From assembly GCA_963843375.1 (NCBI GenBank), contig CAWJKT010000015.1:64001-128000 (forward strand): a stretch of DNA of 64,000 nt. The letters run 5' to 3'. Position numbers and translations under genes: made by a program. Shown here in pieces: positions 1 through 9,604 of this stretch; within the stretch, counting starts at the first letter, position 1, and each line of letters begins with the position of its first letter. Source of the DNA: an uncultured Pseudomonadota bacterium (GTDB lineage Bacteria; Oederibacteriota; Muellerivitia; Muellerivitales; Muellerivitaceae). The notes below the pieces were generated by a model. That model did no database searches and was not told the origin of the DNA. It saw only the letters and a list, made by a program, of their open reading frames with translations.

Positions 1-34
1 CAACAATCTAAAATTCTTAGAGAATTAGACCTGC

Positions 35-877
35 ATGAAACCAAACTTGGATTTTCGGAAAATTCGTCCCCAGCTTCGCATGGCATTGGATGAAGATGGT
101 GCTTGGTATGATCGGACCACCTATGCCGTGGTGCCCTCGAGTTTTAAAACCCGTGGTGAAATCCTGGCCAAAGCGGACGGGGTTTTGGCGGGCCTGCCAG
201 TCGTGGAACAGGTATTTAAAGCCTTGGATAAACGCTGCAGGGTAAAGGCTTTATTAAAAGAGGGATCCAAAGTCCACAAAGGCATGAAGGTCGCCACCTT
301 ACAAGGTTACGCCCGTCCTCTTCTTTCCGGCGAGCGGGTGGCGCTTAATCTCTTGAGCCGCCTTTCCGGGGTGGCCACCTTGACTCGCAAATTTACCGAT
401 GTCGTCAAGGGACCTCGCATTTACGATACCCGCAAAACGACCCCGCTTTGGCGAACTCTGGAGCGTTATGCCGTTCGGGTAGGTGGGGGCCAAAACCACC
501 GGTTCAACTTGGCCGGACATGTGCTGATTAAAGACAACCACTTGAGCCTCGGGGGAGGGGTTTATGCCTGCGTCCATGCCGCCCGAAAAAAATATGGATC
601 CCAGGAATTCATCGAGGTGGAAGTGGAGAACTTTGAACAGGCTTCCGAGGCTCTTAGAGCGGGGGCCAATATCATCCTGGTGGATAACGCCGATCCGCGG
701 GTTTTTCAGCGAATTCTGAAGCTGGTGAAAGACAAAATGCAGGTCGAAATCTCGGGGGGCCTCACTCTCCAAAACATCAAGAAATACTCCCGAATTCCGG
801 TGGACCGCTTTTCTTCGGGCGCCTTGACCCATTCCGCCACCTCCGTCGATTTTTCAATCGAGCTTTACCCAGCCTAG
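35..877 (+). CDS. nadC: Nicotinate-nucleotide pyrophosphorylase (quinolinate phosphoribosyltransferase)
   Basis: ERVALNLL..LSGVAT, DTRKTTP, GGGQNHRFNL, LIKDNH, IEVEVE, EISGG and ALTHSA motifs. Confidence 0.95.
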   Translation: MKPNLDFRKIRPQLRMALDEDGAWYDRTTYAVVPSSFKTRGEILAKADGVLAGLPVVEQVFKALDKRCRVKALLKEGSKVHKGMKVATLQGYARPLLSGERVALNLLSRLSGVATLTRKFTDVVKGPRIYDTRKTTPLWRTLERYAVRVGGGQNHRFNLAGHVLIKDNHLSLGGGVYACVHAARKKYGSQEFIEVEVENFEQASEALRAGANIILVDNADPRVFQRILKLVKDKMQVEISGGLTLQNIKKYSRIPVDRFSSGALTHSATSVDFSIELYPA

Positions 878-1092
878 GCTCAAATCGGCTTAACTTCCCG
901 GAATTACCAATGCGATATTGTCGATTAAAATCAGGCAGATAACAAACACTTCAAATATCTCCCTGTGGTTCTGAAAACAAATTATGGTAACCTTTTTGAG
1001 GTCAGAGCGCCTCACCGGGAAATCATTCTCGTTGTCCTAATTGCCAACTTTTTCCTGTTAAACAATTCTTCCATCGGTTATTTTCTTTCGGC

Positions 1093-1923
1093 ATGAAACA
1101 TCCACCCTTAAAAGCCAAGATGACCCCGCAAGCCGTTTTAAGGGGGCTTAAAACCCGCATTTTAGGCAGAAGCCTCCTGTGCCTCGAAAAGACCAGCTCT
1201 ACGAACGATGTTATCTTGGAATTAGCGCGACAGGGCGCCCTTGAGGGAACCACCGTAACCGCGGACATCCAAACCCAGGGAAGGGGACGGCAAGGAAGAC
1301 GATGGACTCAAACCCAGGGGAAGGGGCTGGCTTTTTCCCTGCTTCTGCGGCCCAAGCTTCATTCGGATGAGCTTTCCGAAATCACTTTGGCGGCGGCTGT
1401 GGCGGTGGCGAAAACACTCGAAAGCTTCCAGCTAAAACCCCAAATCAAATGGCCCAATGATTTGCTTTTAAATGGGCGAAAGGTTTGCGGCATTTTGACC
1501 GAAATGGGGCCGAAAAAAGATAAAATGGTTTCGGTGGTGTTGGGAATCGGGGTCAACTTAAACCAAACCACCAGGGATTTTCCCCGGGAATTAAGGCGCA
1601 CAGCGACGAGTCTTTACCGCTTTTCGGGGCGAAAAGTGGATCGCATCCGGTTTCTTCAAACGTTACTACATCATCTAGAAGAAACCTATCATTGGGTTGC
1701 GGAGAGGCAATTTTCCAAGGTATTGGCTGAATGGCGGAAAAGAGCAGTTACCCTTGAGCAGCAAGTCAAAATCAGCCAGGCCCAACATGTTTTTTACGGA
1801 CAGGTGATAAATATCGATGAGAAGGGCGCCTTGCTGGTGAGAAATGACAGTGGAATTGTTGAAAGAGTGACTTCCGGGGACGTGGAAGTAGTCCCCGTGG
1901 AACCACGGAAGAGGCAATCATGA
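1093..1923 (+). CDS. birA: Biotin-protein ligase without the N-terminal HTH (non-repressor type)
   Basis: SSTND, QTQGRGRQGRRW, IKWPNDLLLNGRKVCGIL, GIGVNL and a C-terminal SH3-like GALLV..SGDV. No HTH precedes the catalytic domain. Confidence 0.93.
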   Translation: MKHPPLKAKMTPQAVLRGLKTRILGRSLLCLEKTSSTNDVILELARQGALEGTTVTADIQTQGRGRQGRRWTQTQGKGLAFSLLLRPKLHSDELSEITLAAAVAVAKTLESFQLKPQIKWPNDLLLNGRKVCGILTEMGPKKDKMVSVVLGIGVNLNQTTRDFPRELRRTATSLYRFSGRKVDRIRFLQTLLHHLEETYHWVAERQFSKVLAEWRKRAVTLEQQVKISQAQHVFYGQVINIDEKGALLVRNDSGIVERVTSGDVEVVPVEPRKRQS

Positions 1924-2669
1924 TTTGGGCGGTTTTGATCGGCAATACAAGAGCTGTAGCGGCCTTGATGAAAGGAACAAAGGTGCTTCAACGCCATATT
2001 GTTTCGACCCAATCTTTTAGGAAATCCTCGTTTTATTTGACGTGGGCCAAGAGGCTCCGAAGAAAATCAAAGGTCGATGGCGTCATCGTGGCCAGTGTTG
2101 TTCCTTGGGTGGATTTGGACCTTCGTAGGGCTTTTAAAAAAACGTTCAATCAAAATCCTTTCTTCATAACCCACCAAAGCAAGCTCGGGATTAAAGTCAA
2201 AGTCAAAAAGCCGTCCCAAGTCGGCGCAGACCGATTGGCTAACGCAGTGGCGGCTCAGCATTTTTATGGGGTCCCTTCCATTGTCGTGGATTTCGGTACT
2301 GGAACCACTTTTGACGTTTTGGATAGGAGTGGGGCCTATTGTGGTGGAGCTATTTTACCGGGTGTTGGAACTTCCTTAAGGGCCCTTCACGAGTTCACTG
2401 CAAAAATTCCAGTTGTCCAATTTGAACCCATTCATTTTGCCGTGGGTAAAACCACGGAAGAAGCTGTTCGGTCAGGAGTTTATCATGGAGCCGTGGGCAC
2501 AACCCGGGAACTGTTATTGCGTATCCGGGAGGAGATCGGAAGAAAGGCCCCCGCCGTGGCGACAGGAGGCTGGTGCCGGGTGTTTGAAAAAACCGGCCTG
2601 TTTCACCATATCGAACCTGATTTAACCCTTAAGGGCTTGGCGCTGATTTGGCAAAACCAATATGCGTAA
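1920..2669 (+). CDS. coaX: Type III pantothenate kinase
   Basis: IGNT, ASVVP, VGADRLANA, VVDFGTGTTFD, GGAILPG and ATGG motifs. ATGA overlap with birA. Confidence 0.93.
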   Translation: MIWAVLIGNTRAVAALMKGTKVLQRHIVSTQSFRKSSFYLTWAKRLRRKSKVDGVIVASVVPWVDLDLRRAFKKTFNQNPFFITHQSKLGIKVKVKKPSQVGADRLANAVAAQHFYGVPSIVVDFGTGTTFDVLDRSGAYCGGAILPGVGTSLRALHEFTAKIPVVQFEPIHFAVGKTTEEAVRSGVYHGAVGTTRELLLRIREEIGRKAPAVATGGWCRVFEKTGLFHHIEPDLTLKGLALIWQNQYA

Positions 2670-5007
2670 TATTGAGGATCTAGCCGCGGAGGAAGACTCG
2701 CGGATTTGGGAAGAGCGAAGCAAGGTTTTAAGGGTCTTCTTACTTTGGTTGGGGTCAGGTTCTGAAATCTGGGGTTGGTATCTCTTTTCCCAACCGCAAA
2801 TCGGTAAAGGCGCCCTGTTTATTATCGCCTCCTTCGTGTTTTTTGGATTGGCCTGGGGAATATTAAGGGTTTTCAGCAATTCAACGATTCCTTTCGTTTT
2901 AGGACTGGCTTCTGGACTGGGTGGGTTTGCCTTTTATTCCTATTCCAGGTTGCCCTCTTTTTACTGGGGGCATGATCCATCTTTTTGGCTGTCGGTACAG
3001 GCTGGCGCCGTAACGGAACCATTCTGGTCACCCCTGAGCTATCTTTTGGCTGAAGCGGCTGGGTTCCTGCTGCCTCAGCTTCAGTTTTCGTTTCTTCCTG
3101 AACTATCCGGCGTTCTTTTGTCTATCACTTTATTTTTTATCCTGCAAGTTTATTTTTCGGAATTGCAAGATAAAACTTTTCGGAATGTTCTTTTTGCGCT
3201 TTTGATTTGCGTGGTGTTGGGGGCGAGCGCCCCATTTTGGAATTCGGGAACAATGGGGGCGGGAATCCCGTCTGTTTTAGGTCTTTTGATTTTTATTTTA
3301 CAATCTCTCCTTTTCAAGAAAGAGGGAAGACCATGGAGAGGGCTTGCCTTTCTTCTGGGGTTATTGTGGTCAGTGCATCCGCTTTGGGGATTAGTGGGAA
3401 CTTTAAACTACCTGGGTTTCCTCGATTTTGAGGGGAAAAAGTTGAGGCGATATTTTTTCCCGTTTTTACTTGGGTTGACTCCCTACCTTTGGATCTTGTT
3501 CCGAACGGGGAAGTATTTTCCTTCATGGGGCGGGCGGCAGCCTTTTTTGGAAATGCTGAAAGAGTGGAAATCGCTTTGGTTATTTCATGTGGCGCAAGAC
3601 TGGATTCCTTTGGAGGCATTCAAGGCTCTGGGGTTGATCGCTTTAGTTTTAGGGGCCATTACCATTTTGGGTTTTCTTTTATACGCTTTTAAATGGAAGT
3701 CTGGATGGAAAATACAACTTTCAGTGATGGAGTTTTGGATTTGGGTATTCGCGGGGGTGGGAGGTTGGTTCTTTTATTCGGTTTCAACGGAATTGTTGGG
3801 GCCCACAATTTTATGGTTCCTGGCGGGTTTAGGGAACCTACTTTTAAAACTTTTTGAAAAGTGCAATTCGTCTCCTTTCACGGGCAAACTTCTGACTTGG
3901 TTCGCTCCAAGCGCCTTGGTTTTAAGTCTCAGCCTTGTTTTTTTTCCTGGCCAAAATTTTTGGAGAAGTCAGTTCTATTTTCCCCCCCAACATGCGATGA
4001 ATCTGCTTCAAACCCTCGGTGAAAAATCCCTTTTGATTTGCCAAGATCCCTTTGAGGCCGCGGCCTGTATGGAAACCCGTCTGATGGAACCGGCCGCTCC
4101 TAATAGCATGATCCTGGAGCAAAAATACCTGAACCAAAAGTGGTATATCACCCAGGTGATGGCCCATGAACCAGGAATTTTATTTTCCATAATGCCGGAG
4201 ATTCCCCAGGACATCCCCAAGACCCTCATTCTCGACAATAGCTCAACCTGGGACATTCAGTGGGACCTTTCGGTTTTGCCCAAGGGGTGGACGGAACCCG
4301 TGGGAGTTCCAACCGTTTTAACGGAGGAATTTGCGGGGAACCCCGCCACCCTTCTCGACCCGGAGCGGTTTCAATACCGGTTTGACCTGGCGGCTATGCC
4401 TATAGAAGGGTTGACTGGGGATGCAATAACAAGGAATTATTATTCGCGTTATGTGATTGGTTTTGATGAACTAGGGAAGTTTTTAATGGGTTTGGGCCGA
4501 TATTCGGATTCGATACGCGCCTTTGATAGATCCCTCAAGCTCGACCCCTCTTTTCAGGAACCGCAAACCTTTTTGGCCCAAATGTATTCCCAAAAGAATA
4601 TCCTGGAAGCCGCCCAGTTGGAATTTGAAAAAATAATCCATGTTCAACCGGATAAGATTTCAGTATTGATGGGGAGGATCGAGGAAGCCCAGAAGGATAA
4701 GGACGAGTCGGAAATAGGTTTGTGGTTGGATCAAATGATTCAATTGAATTCGGAATTGGCCAACGCCGAATATCAATTGTCGAAAATCTATGAAAAAGAG
4801 GGGCGAACCCAGGAGGCCAAGACAATGTTGGAATCCTCCGTCAACATGAACCCGCAACAATTGGGAGCCCAGATAACGCTTGGCCACCTGATGAAAAAAT
4901 TAGGAAACCGAATCAAGGCACAAGAAGCTTTTCACTCGGCTTTAGTGATCGACCCCCAAAACAAGGAAGCGCAAGTGGAGTATTGGAAATTGCTGAACAA
5001 TCAGTGA
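2662..5007 (+). CDS. Multi-pass membrane protein, degenerate DUF2723/GT-C-like, with C-terminal TPRs
   Basis: Many TM segments arranged like the downstream DUF2723 protein (LGLTPYLWILFR..PSWG versus VGFSTYLYLPLR..PSWG). The DSGE/HPPGYPL motif is replaced by HDPSF/EPFWSPL. The C-terminal ~190 aa are TPRs. Confidence 0.6.
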   Translation: MRNIEDLAAEEDSRIWEERSKVLRVFLLWLGSGSEIWGWYLFSQPQIGKGALFIIASFVFFGLAWGILRVFSNSTIPFVLGLASGLGGFAFYSYSRLPSFYWGHDPSFWLSVQAGAVTEPFWSPLSYLLAEAAGFLLPQLQFSFLPELSGVLLSITLFFILQVYFSELQDKTFRNVLFALLICVVLGASAPFWNSGTMGAGIPSVLGLLIFILQSLLFKKEGRPWRGLAFLLGLLWSVHPLWGLVGTLNYLGFLDFEGKKLRRYFFPFLLGLTPYLWILFRTGKYFPSWGGRQPFLEMLKEWKSLWLFHVAQDWIPLEAFKALGLIALVLGAITILGFLLYAFKWKSGWKIQLSVMEFWIWVFAGVGGWFFYSVSTELLGPTILWFLAGLGNLLLKLFEKCNSSPFTGKLLTWFAPSALVLSLSLVFFPGQNFWRSQFYFPPQHAMNLLQTLGEKSLLICQDPFEAAACMETRLMEPAAPNSMILEQKYLNQKWYITQVMAHEPGILFSIMPEIPQDIPKTLILDNSSTWDIQWDLSVLPKGWTEPVGVPTVLTEEFAGNPATLLDPERFQYRFDLAAMPIEGLTGDAITRNYYSRYVIGFDELGKFLMGLGRYSDSIRAFDRSLKLDPSFQEPQTFLAQMYSQKNILEAAQLEFEKIIHVQPDKISVLMGRIEEAQKDKDESEIGLWLDQMIQLNSELANAEYQLSKIYEKEGRTQEAKTMLESSVNMNPQQLGAQITLGHLMKKLGNRIKAQEAFHSALVIDPQNKEAQVEYWKLLNNQ

Positions 5008-6752
5008 GGTTTTCAGTGAGAACAAAAGAACCTGAGTCTGTTTCCAAGGTGAAAATTAAAAGGTCGTTCTCTCTCTTTTTTCCCGGGGGTGGCCTCCTTT
5101 ATTTATCTGTTTTGTGGGTAATCCTCTTGAGGGCCCAAAACCCTGGATTGATGTCCGATGATAGCGGGGAAATGGCCTCCTCGGCTTACGGGTTGGGGAT
5201 TCCCCATCCTCCGGGTTACCCACTCTTCAACTTATTGGGGCATTTAGTTTGTTGGTTGCCGCTCGGAACGGTTGCTTTTCGCTTAAATCTCTTATCCGAG
5301 TTCTTTGTTTTAGTCTCCTTGGGGATTGTTTTAATTACCTGCCGAAGAATTGTTGATAAATTACCGGGCCCATTTCTGGGAAGAGGTATTGAAGATTTGC
5401 TTTTAATGATGGTTGGAATCTTTTTTATTTCTTGCCGGAGCATTTTTGCACAAAGCCTCACTGCAAAAGGCTGTATTTACTCTCTAACTCTGTTATTGGT
5501 TTCCTGCGTGGCCTTGCTGCAACTATTGGATGTTGGGAAAGTCTCTTTGAAGTTTTTGTTTTTAGCCGTTTTTTTATGGGCGGTAGGAATGGGGAACCAT
5601 TGGCAAACCATGGTTTTATTCATTCCATTTTATTTATTTTGGTTTTATAAAAAAAAATCCGTTTTGAATTTACGAAATTTTATTTTCATGTTTATGGTCG
5701 TTCTGGTGGGGTTCTCTACCTATTTGTACCTGCCCTTGAGGGCGGAATTAAACTGCTCACCATCCTGGGGGTATCCCATTCATTTTTCTCTTTTCTTTTG
5801 GGTTGTTTCCCGGCAGTTGATTGCTGGCCATGAACCCTGGATCCAAAATCCCCTCTTTTATTTTGAGACGGTTAAGGAAATTTCAAAGGTTTTTGTTTTT
5901 TATTGGCTCCCCGGTTTTATTTTTTTTGTTTTGATCGGAATGAGAATCTTATGGATCAATGAAAAGAGAGTGGCTTTGGCCATGTTGTTGCTTTTGTTAC
6001 CTGTTTTTGCAGGGATCGTGGCAATTCATGAACAAAAAAATATTTATTTACTGCATGCCTATTTGGTTCCGCTGGCGGGATTGATAGGAGTGTTTGGCTT
6101 TTGGGGTTTTCGTTCCCTTTTTACCTTTACGAATAACAAAATGACTCAGTGGATGATGATTTTTTTATTTATTTTTGTATCTGTTGCGTGGTTTATTCAT
6201 GTTTTTCAAATTGAAAGCAAAAATGAGTATTTGGCGGCTGAGGATTTTGGCGAAAATGTCATGAAACCCCTTCCGGAGGGATCCATTCTCCTTGCCGAAG
6301 GGGATCATTACGTGATGTCGATTTGGTATGAACGGTTCGTGAAGCAGAAAAGACAGGATTTGATCTTTGAACCATCCGTATTTCTTCTTCATGGCTGGGG
6401 ATGGAAACAACTGGCAAATCAATCAAAAGACTTGAATCAGGTCGAAAGCGGTTCAACCTTATTTGGGAATCGGTTGGAGTTTTTAACCCGCTTTCCTCTT
6501 GCCCACCCTCTCTATTATTCGCTATCAATGATGGAACTTGGGCCGGTCCTGGCCCAAATGCCCGGAATTTGGGTTCCAAAGGGGTTAACTTATGAATGGG
6601 AATCCCAAAAACCAAACCAACCGCGAATAGATCATCCAAATATACGAACCTTTCAGGATCTAAGAATTCGGGGAATGGATTATTGGGGAAGTCCCGCTAT
6701 GGACCCTTCCACCGCTGAAATTTACCGTTATTACCATTCCGAGCCTTTTTGA
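5004..6752 (+). CDS. DUF2723 / TMEM260-like GT-C glycosyltransferase
   Basis: Signature DDSGEMASSAYGLGIPHPPGYPLFNLLG, GMGNH, YLYLPLRA..SWG and multiple TMs. Start placed at GTG 5004 (GTGA overlap); the ORF track starts at 4983. Confidence 0.85.
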   Translation: MRFSVRTKEPESVSKVKIKRSFSLFFPGGGLLYLSVLWVILLRAQNPGLMSDDSGEMASSAYGLGIPHPPGYPLFNLLGHLVCWLPLGTVAFRLNLLSEFFVLVSLGIVLITCRRIVDKLPGPFLGRGIEDLLLMMVGIFFISCRSIFAQSLTAKGCIYSLTLLLVSCVALLQLLDVGKVSLKFLFLAVFLWAVGMGNHWQTMVLFIPFYLFWFYKKKSVLNLRNFIFMFMVVLVGFSTYLYLPLRAELNCSPSWGYPIHFSLFFWVVSRQLIAGHEPWIQNPLFYFETVKEISKVFVFYWLPGFIFFVLIGMRILWINEKRVALAMLLLLLPVFAGIVAIHEQKNIYLLHAYLVPLAGLIGVFGFWGFRSLFTFTNNKMTQWMMIFLFIFVSVAWFIHVFQIESKNEYLAAEDFGENVMKPLPEGSILLAEGDHYVMSIWYERFVKQKRQDLIFEPSVFLLHGWGWKQLANQSKDLNQVESGSTLFGNRLEFLTRFPLAHPLYYSLSMMELGPVLAQMPGIWVPKGLTYEWESQKPNQPRIDHPNIRTFQDLRIRGMDYWGSPAMDPSTAEIYRYYHSEPF

Positions 6753-6793
6753 TGGTAAAACCATAAAATAATGGGTTTTTCCCCCTTTGAAAT

Positions 6794-6802
6794 TGATATA
6801 AT
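6794..6802 (+). promoter_or_regulatory. Extended -10 promoter (TGnTATAAT) upstream of the pilT-che cluster
   Basis: TGATATAAT, 44 nt upstream of the ATG at 6847, in the intergenic gap. Confidence 0.55.
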
Positions 6803-6846
6803 GAAGTCGATGTTTCGACGCTTTTAAACGCTTTCTGGGAGATGGG

Positions 6847-9150
6847 ATGGACCTTCAGCAGCTCCTTTATTCCATGGTTGAAAAAAAGGCCTCCGATGTG
6901 CATATGAAGGCCGGTGCTCCTCCTCTTTTTCGTATTGATGGTGACTTGGCCCCCCAAAGCGAGAATCCCTTGACCCCCCAGGAACTAGCTGAAGTGGCTT
7001 CCTATCTCATGGATGAAAAACAACAAAGAACCTTTTTCGAAGAACATAAAGAAGTGGATTTGGCCTATGCCGTGGAAGGTTTGGCTCGATTCAGGACCAA
7101 TGCCATGTGGCAAAGGGGATTGCCTGAGATAATTATGCGCGTTATTCCACAGCGCATTCCGAAAATTGAAGATATTAATATGCCGACAGCGATTCTGAAA
7201 CAAATTGCCATGGAGCAACGGGGCCTAATTCTGGTGACCGGAATCACGGGATCGGGCAAATCCACTACTTTAGCATCCCTTATCAATGAAATGAACGTCA
7301 ACCGGGCGGCTCATATCGTCACGGTTGAAGATCCCATCGAGTTCGTCCATCCTGACAAAAAATCAAGCGTCACCCAGCGGGAAGTTGGTCTTGATACCGA
7401 GAGCTTCAAAACGGCCCTTAAATATGTTTTGCGGCAAGACCCAGATATCATTCTGATTGGGGAAATGCGCGATATTGAAACGGTTCAGGCCGCCATATCA
7501 GCCGCCGAAACGGGCCACTTGGTTTTATCGACCCTGCATACGATGGATACGATTCAAACGATCGAGCGTATTTTAGATTTTTTCCCTCCGGAACAACAAA
7601 ATCAAATTCGGGTCCAGCTTGCTGGAACCCTCCGGGCTGTTATTTCCCAACGATTAGTCAACAAGGCCGATGGTGTTGGGGTGGTGCCGGCTTGCGAAAT
7701 CATGATTGTGACCCAGACCATAAAATCCTTGATCGCCGAGGGCAAAATTTCATCCATCCGGCAATTTATCGCGGAAGGCCATAGTCAATATGGCATGCAA
7801 ACTTTCGATCAATCCTTGATTCAATTAGTTCGCGGGGGGTTCATCACGAAAGAAAACGCCATGGAGCAGGCGTCTTCTCCCAGTGAAATAGATTTGGGAT
7901 TAAAAGGCATCTCTTCTTCGAAAGCCTCGGCTCAGTCTCTCATTTCTCAAATGGAGAATGCCCAACAAAAAGACCGCGTCAATGGCTGGCTTAAAAAGGG
8001 GCAGGAATACTATGAAAAACGTCGTTACGATGAAGCAAGGGGTGAACTCAAACGAGTCCTTCAGGAAATTCCGGAGCATAAGGAAGCCAATGCCCTGATG
8101 GCTCGGTTGCGGGAGATGGATAATAAGAGCGAAAAGAAAAAGGACGCGTCCACCAACATCAAAACGGCTTTACAGCTTTACCGGGAGGGGAAGCATCAGG
8201 CGGCGATTTTGGAGTTTCAAAAAGCGCTGGAACTCGACCCGGAAAACAAACAAGCTCAGGGTTATATTAAGGCCATCCAGGAAGAACTGGATAACCGATC
8301 CAAGGCCCGTGAATTCTATCAGGCGGCTTTAAACGCCCAAAATCAAAATGATTTGGCGGGCGCTTTGTCCTATGTGGATCAAGCCCTGGTTCTTGATCCG
8401 GAAAACGAACAAGTCCAAGTTTTACAGCGGGACCTAAAAATATCCGTTCAAAAAGAACAGGCTCGATCCAAGGCTGATTCATTCAATCAAACAGCGATCG
8501 ATTTATACAAGTCGGGGGATTTGTTGAGCGCGTTGGTCGCTTGGAATAAAGCTTATGAGCTCAATTCCGAATTGGAAGATGTCGCCCGCTATCTTCAACA
8601 GGGAATCACCAAGCTTTTGTCATTTGGGGTGGATGGGTTGGATGCTAATCCAGAGAAACAGCTTATTTTAAACCTCTTCGAACAGGGAGTCCGCAGTTAT
8701 GTCCGTGGCGATTTTCAAACAGCTATGGACTTTTTCAAAAAAGCCATTTCCAAGGCCGATGGAAATAATTATTTAAACGCCTATCTTCAAAAGTCCGGCC
8801 AAATGTTGGAACAACAGATCGGCGAGTTCCTTCAAGACGGGATTCGTGCCCAACAATCCGGAGATTTGACTACCGCCCAAAAGGAATTCACGAAAGTCAT
8901 TCGGCTTTCCCCCGGACACCCTGAAGCCATTAAACAATTAGGGGCATTGAAGGTGACTATCCAGCAGAACATGGAAAAACTTTACGCCGATGGCAAACAA
9001 TATTTTGATGCCAATGACATGGACCGGGCCATTCGGATTTGGACCCAGATTTTAGACCTGGAGCCTTCAAATGAACGGGCTCAGAAGCGCATTGAAGAGG
9101 CGAAGATCAAAAAAAATACCTTAAGCGGAATATTTTCAAAAATCAGTTGA
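6847..9150 (+). CDS. PilT/PilU-family type IV pilus retraction ATPase fused to a long C-terminal TPR region
   Basis: ASDVHM, Walker A TGITGSGKSTT, Asp box EDPIE, LRQDPDIILIGEMRD, His box TGHLVLSTLH and GMQTFDQSL. About 400 extra C-terminal residues form TPRs (ALELDPEN, ALVLDPEN, ILDLEPSN). Confidence 0.9.
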   Translation: MDLQQLLYSMVEKKASDVHMKAGAPPLFRIDGDLAPQSENPLTPQELAEVASYLMDEKQQRTFFEEHKEVDLAYAVEGLARFRTNAMWQRGLPEIIMRVIPQRIPKIEDINMPTAILKQIAMEQRGLILVTGITGSGKSTTLASLINEMNVNRAAHIVTVEDPIEFVHPDKKSSVTQREVGLDTESFKTALKYVLRQDPDIILIGEMRDIETVQAAISAAETGHLVLSTLHTMDTIQTIERILDFFPPEQQNQIRVQLAGTLRAVISQRLVNKADGVGVVPACEIMIVTQTIKSLIAEGKISSIRQFIAEGHSQYGMQTFDQSLIQLVRGGFITKENAMEQASSPSEIDLGLKGISSSKASAQSLISQMENAQQKDRVNGWLKKGQEYYEKRRYDEARGELKRVLQEIPEHKEANALMARLREMDNKSEKKKDASTNIKTALQLYREGKHQAAILEFQKALELDPENKQAQGYIKAIQEELDNRSKAREFYQAALNAQNQNDLAGALSYVDQALVLDPENEQVQVLQRDLKISVQKEQARSKADSFNQTAIDLYKSGDLLSALVAWNKAYELNSELEDVARYLQQGITKLLSFGVDGLDANPEKQLILNLFEQGVRSYVRGDFQTAMDFFKKAISKADGNNYLNAYLQKSGQMLEQQIGEFLQDGIRAQQSGDLTTAQKEFTKVIRLSPGHPEAIKQLGALKVTIQQNMEKLYADGKQYFDANDMDRAIRIWTQILDLEPSNERAQKRIEEAKIKKNTLSGIFSKIS

Positions 9151-9190
9151 TCTTACCTTGGCTGTTTTTGACTTTTAAAATTAAAAAGGG

Positions 9191-9604
9191 GTGGAAATGA
9201 AATTAATGATAGTGGGTGCTGGAGTTTTAATTCTGATTTTTATCGTTGTGCTGAACACGTCAATGGTCGCGGACCAAGCGTTATCTTGGGTTGCGGCCAA
9301 TCCAAAGGATCCTGGAGCCCCTGATGTTCTTTATCGCACGGCGCGGTGGTGCGATATGCTTGGTAGCGACGACAAGGCAGCATCCATATATTTACAATTG
9401 TACCAACAATATCCCGAGCGGGGGGACTTGTGTGCGCCCGCCCTTTATCATTTGGCGTACAATCTGGCGAATGGAACATATATTGTTGGAATCAAAAAAC
9501 AAGCCCTCCCTTATTTAGAAACGATCATGAACCAGTATTCGAGTCAAGACGAATGGTCGACTAAGGCAAAACAACTTTATGATGAGGTGAATTATGCCCA
9601 TTAA
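9191..9604 (+). CDS. Small membrane-anchored TPR-like protein (YbgF/BamD-like repeat)
   Basis: N-terminal hydrophobic helix, then APDVLY..AASIYLQLYQQYP..APALY pattern. GTG start with SD-like AAGGG. Confidence 0.6.
   Translation: MEMKLMIVGAGVLILIFIVVLNTSMVADQALSWVAANPKDPGAPDVLYRTARWCDMLGSDDKAASIYLQLYQQYPERGDLCAPALYHLAYNLANGTYIVGIKKQALPYLETIMNQYSSQDEWSTKAKQLYDEVNYAH

Noticed and set aside
878..1092. Lost BirA HTH domain or riboswitch in the nadC-birA gap
   Set aside because: The birA frame has an upstream stop and no HTH-like translation, and no recognisable RNA motif is present.
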